Assembly (NCBI GenBank): GCA_016748015.1
Contig: JAAOMT010000523.1
Span: 455,221-519,220 of the forward strand
Length of the DNA stretch: 64,000 nucleotides
Source: Geosiphon pyriformis uo1
Lineage: Eukaryota; Fungi; Glomeromycota
Direction of reading: 5' to 3'
Positions 63,862-64,000 of this stretch are shown here, one piece after another (position 1 is the stretch's first letter; each line of letters begins with the position of its first letter). A program made the translations under genes and the position numbers. The notes under the pieces were generated by a model. That model did no database searches. It had not been told where the DNA came from and saw only the letters and a program-made list of their open reading frames with translations.

Positions 63862-64000
63862 ATGAACCCCGAAAACTACAACAATCTCAAACAATATTTG
63901 GAGACATTAACAATCCCAACAGATTGGTCCCCAGACAAAAAACATCAGTTACAACAACAAGCCAAACAATATTTTCTACACAACAACATTATCTATCATC
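63862..64000 (+). CDS. Probable start of the integrase region (partial)
   Basis: MNPENYNNLKQYLETLTIPTDWS...QQAKQYFLHNNIIYH resembles the segment preceding the HHCC domain of Gypsy integrases; it lies after RNase H. Confidence 0.55.
   Translation, partial: MNPENYNNLKQYLETLTIPTDWSPDKKHQLQQQAKQYFLHNNIIYH

Larger units (their letters stand above)
57101..64000 (+). mobile_element. LTR element D: Ty3/Gypsy retrotransposon gag-PR-Cys-rich-dUTPase-RT-RNase H-IN, continuing beyond the window
   Basis: 5' LTR, PBS and PR-RT-RH-IN order; scattered stops and frameshifts. Confidence 0.95.

Overview
AT-rich eukaryotic DNA with spliceosomal introns. The gene and TE families point to an arbuscular-mycorrhizal-type fungus (Glomeromycotina); the resemblance to Geosiphon pyriformis is my recollection, not a search result. 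There are five N-gaps. The left part (1-23 kb) is genic: a MATA-type HMG-box gene, a tandem triplication of an F-box-like gene (middle copy decayed) with Tc1/IS630 transposase remnants between the copies, and a six-exon NmrA-like gene. The right part (23-64 kb) is a nested retroelement block. It holds two near-full-length LINEs (RRM/CCHC ORF1; APE-RT-RNase H-CCHC ORF2), older very AT-rich LINE-like relics, two solo LTRs, two internally deleted LTR elements, and a younger Ty3/Gypsy element inserted into a P-loop NTPase pseudogene. The LTR elements have TGTTAC...GTAACA-type ends and 4-bp TSDs. The most interesting signals are: (i) a Gypsy lineage with an unexplained Cys-rich module plus dUTPase between PR and RT, an apparently GUG-initiated Gag extension, a possibly separate integrase ORF and an extra 3' ORF; (ii) a strong post-insertion C>T/G>A mutational process, not restricted to CpG, that affects TEs but not the near-identical gene duplicates; (iii) a hairpin-loop micro-inversion between the two LTRs of one element.
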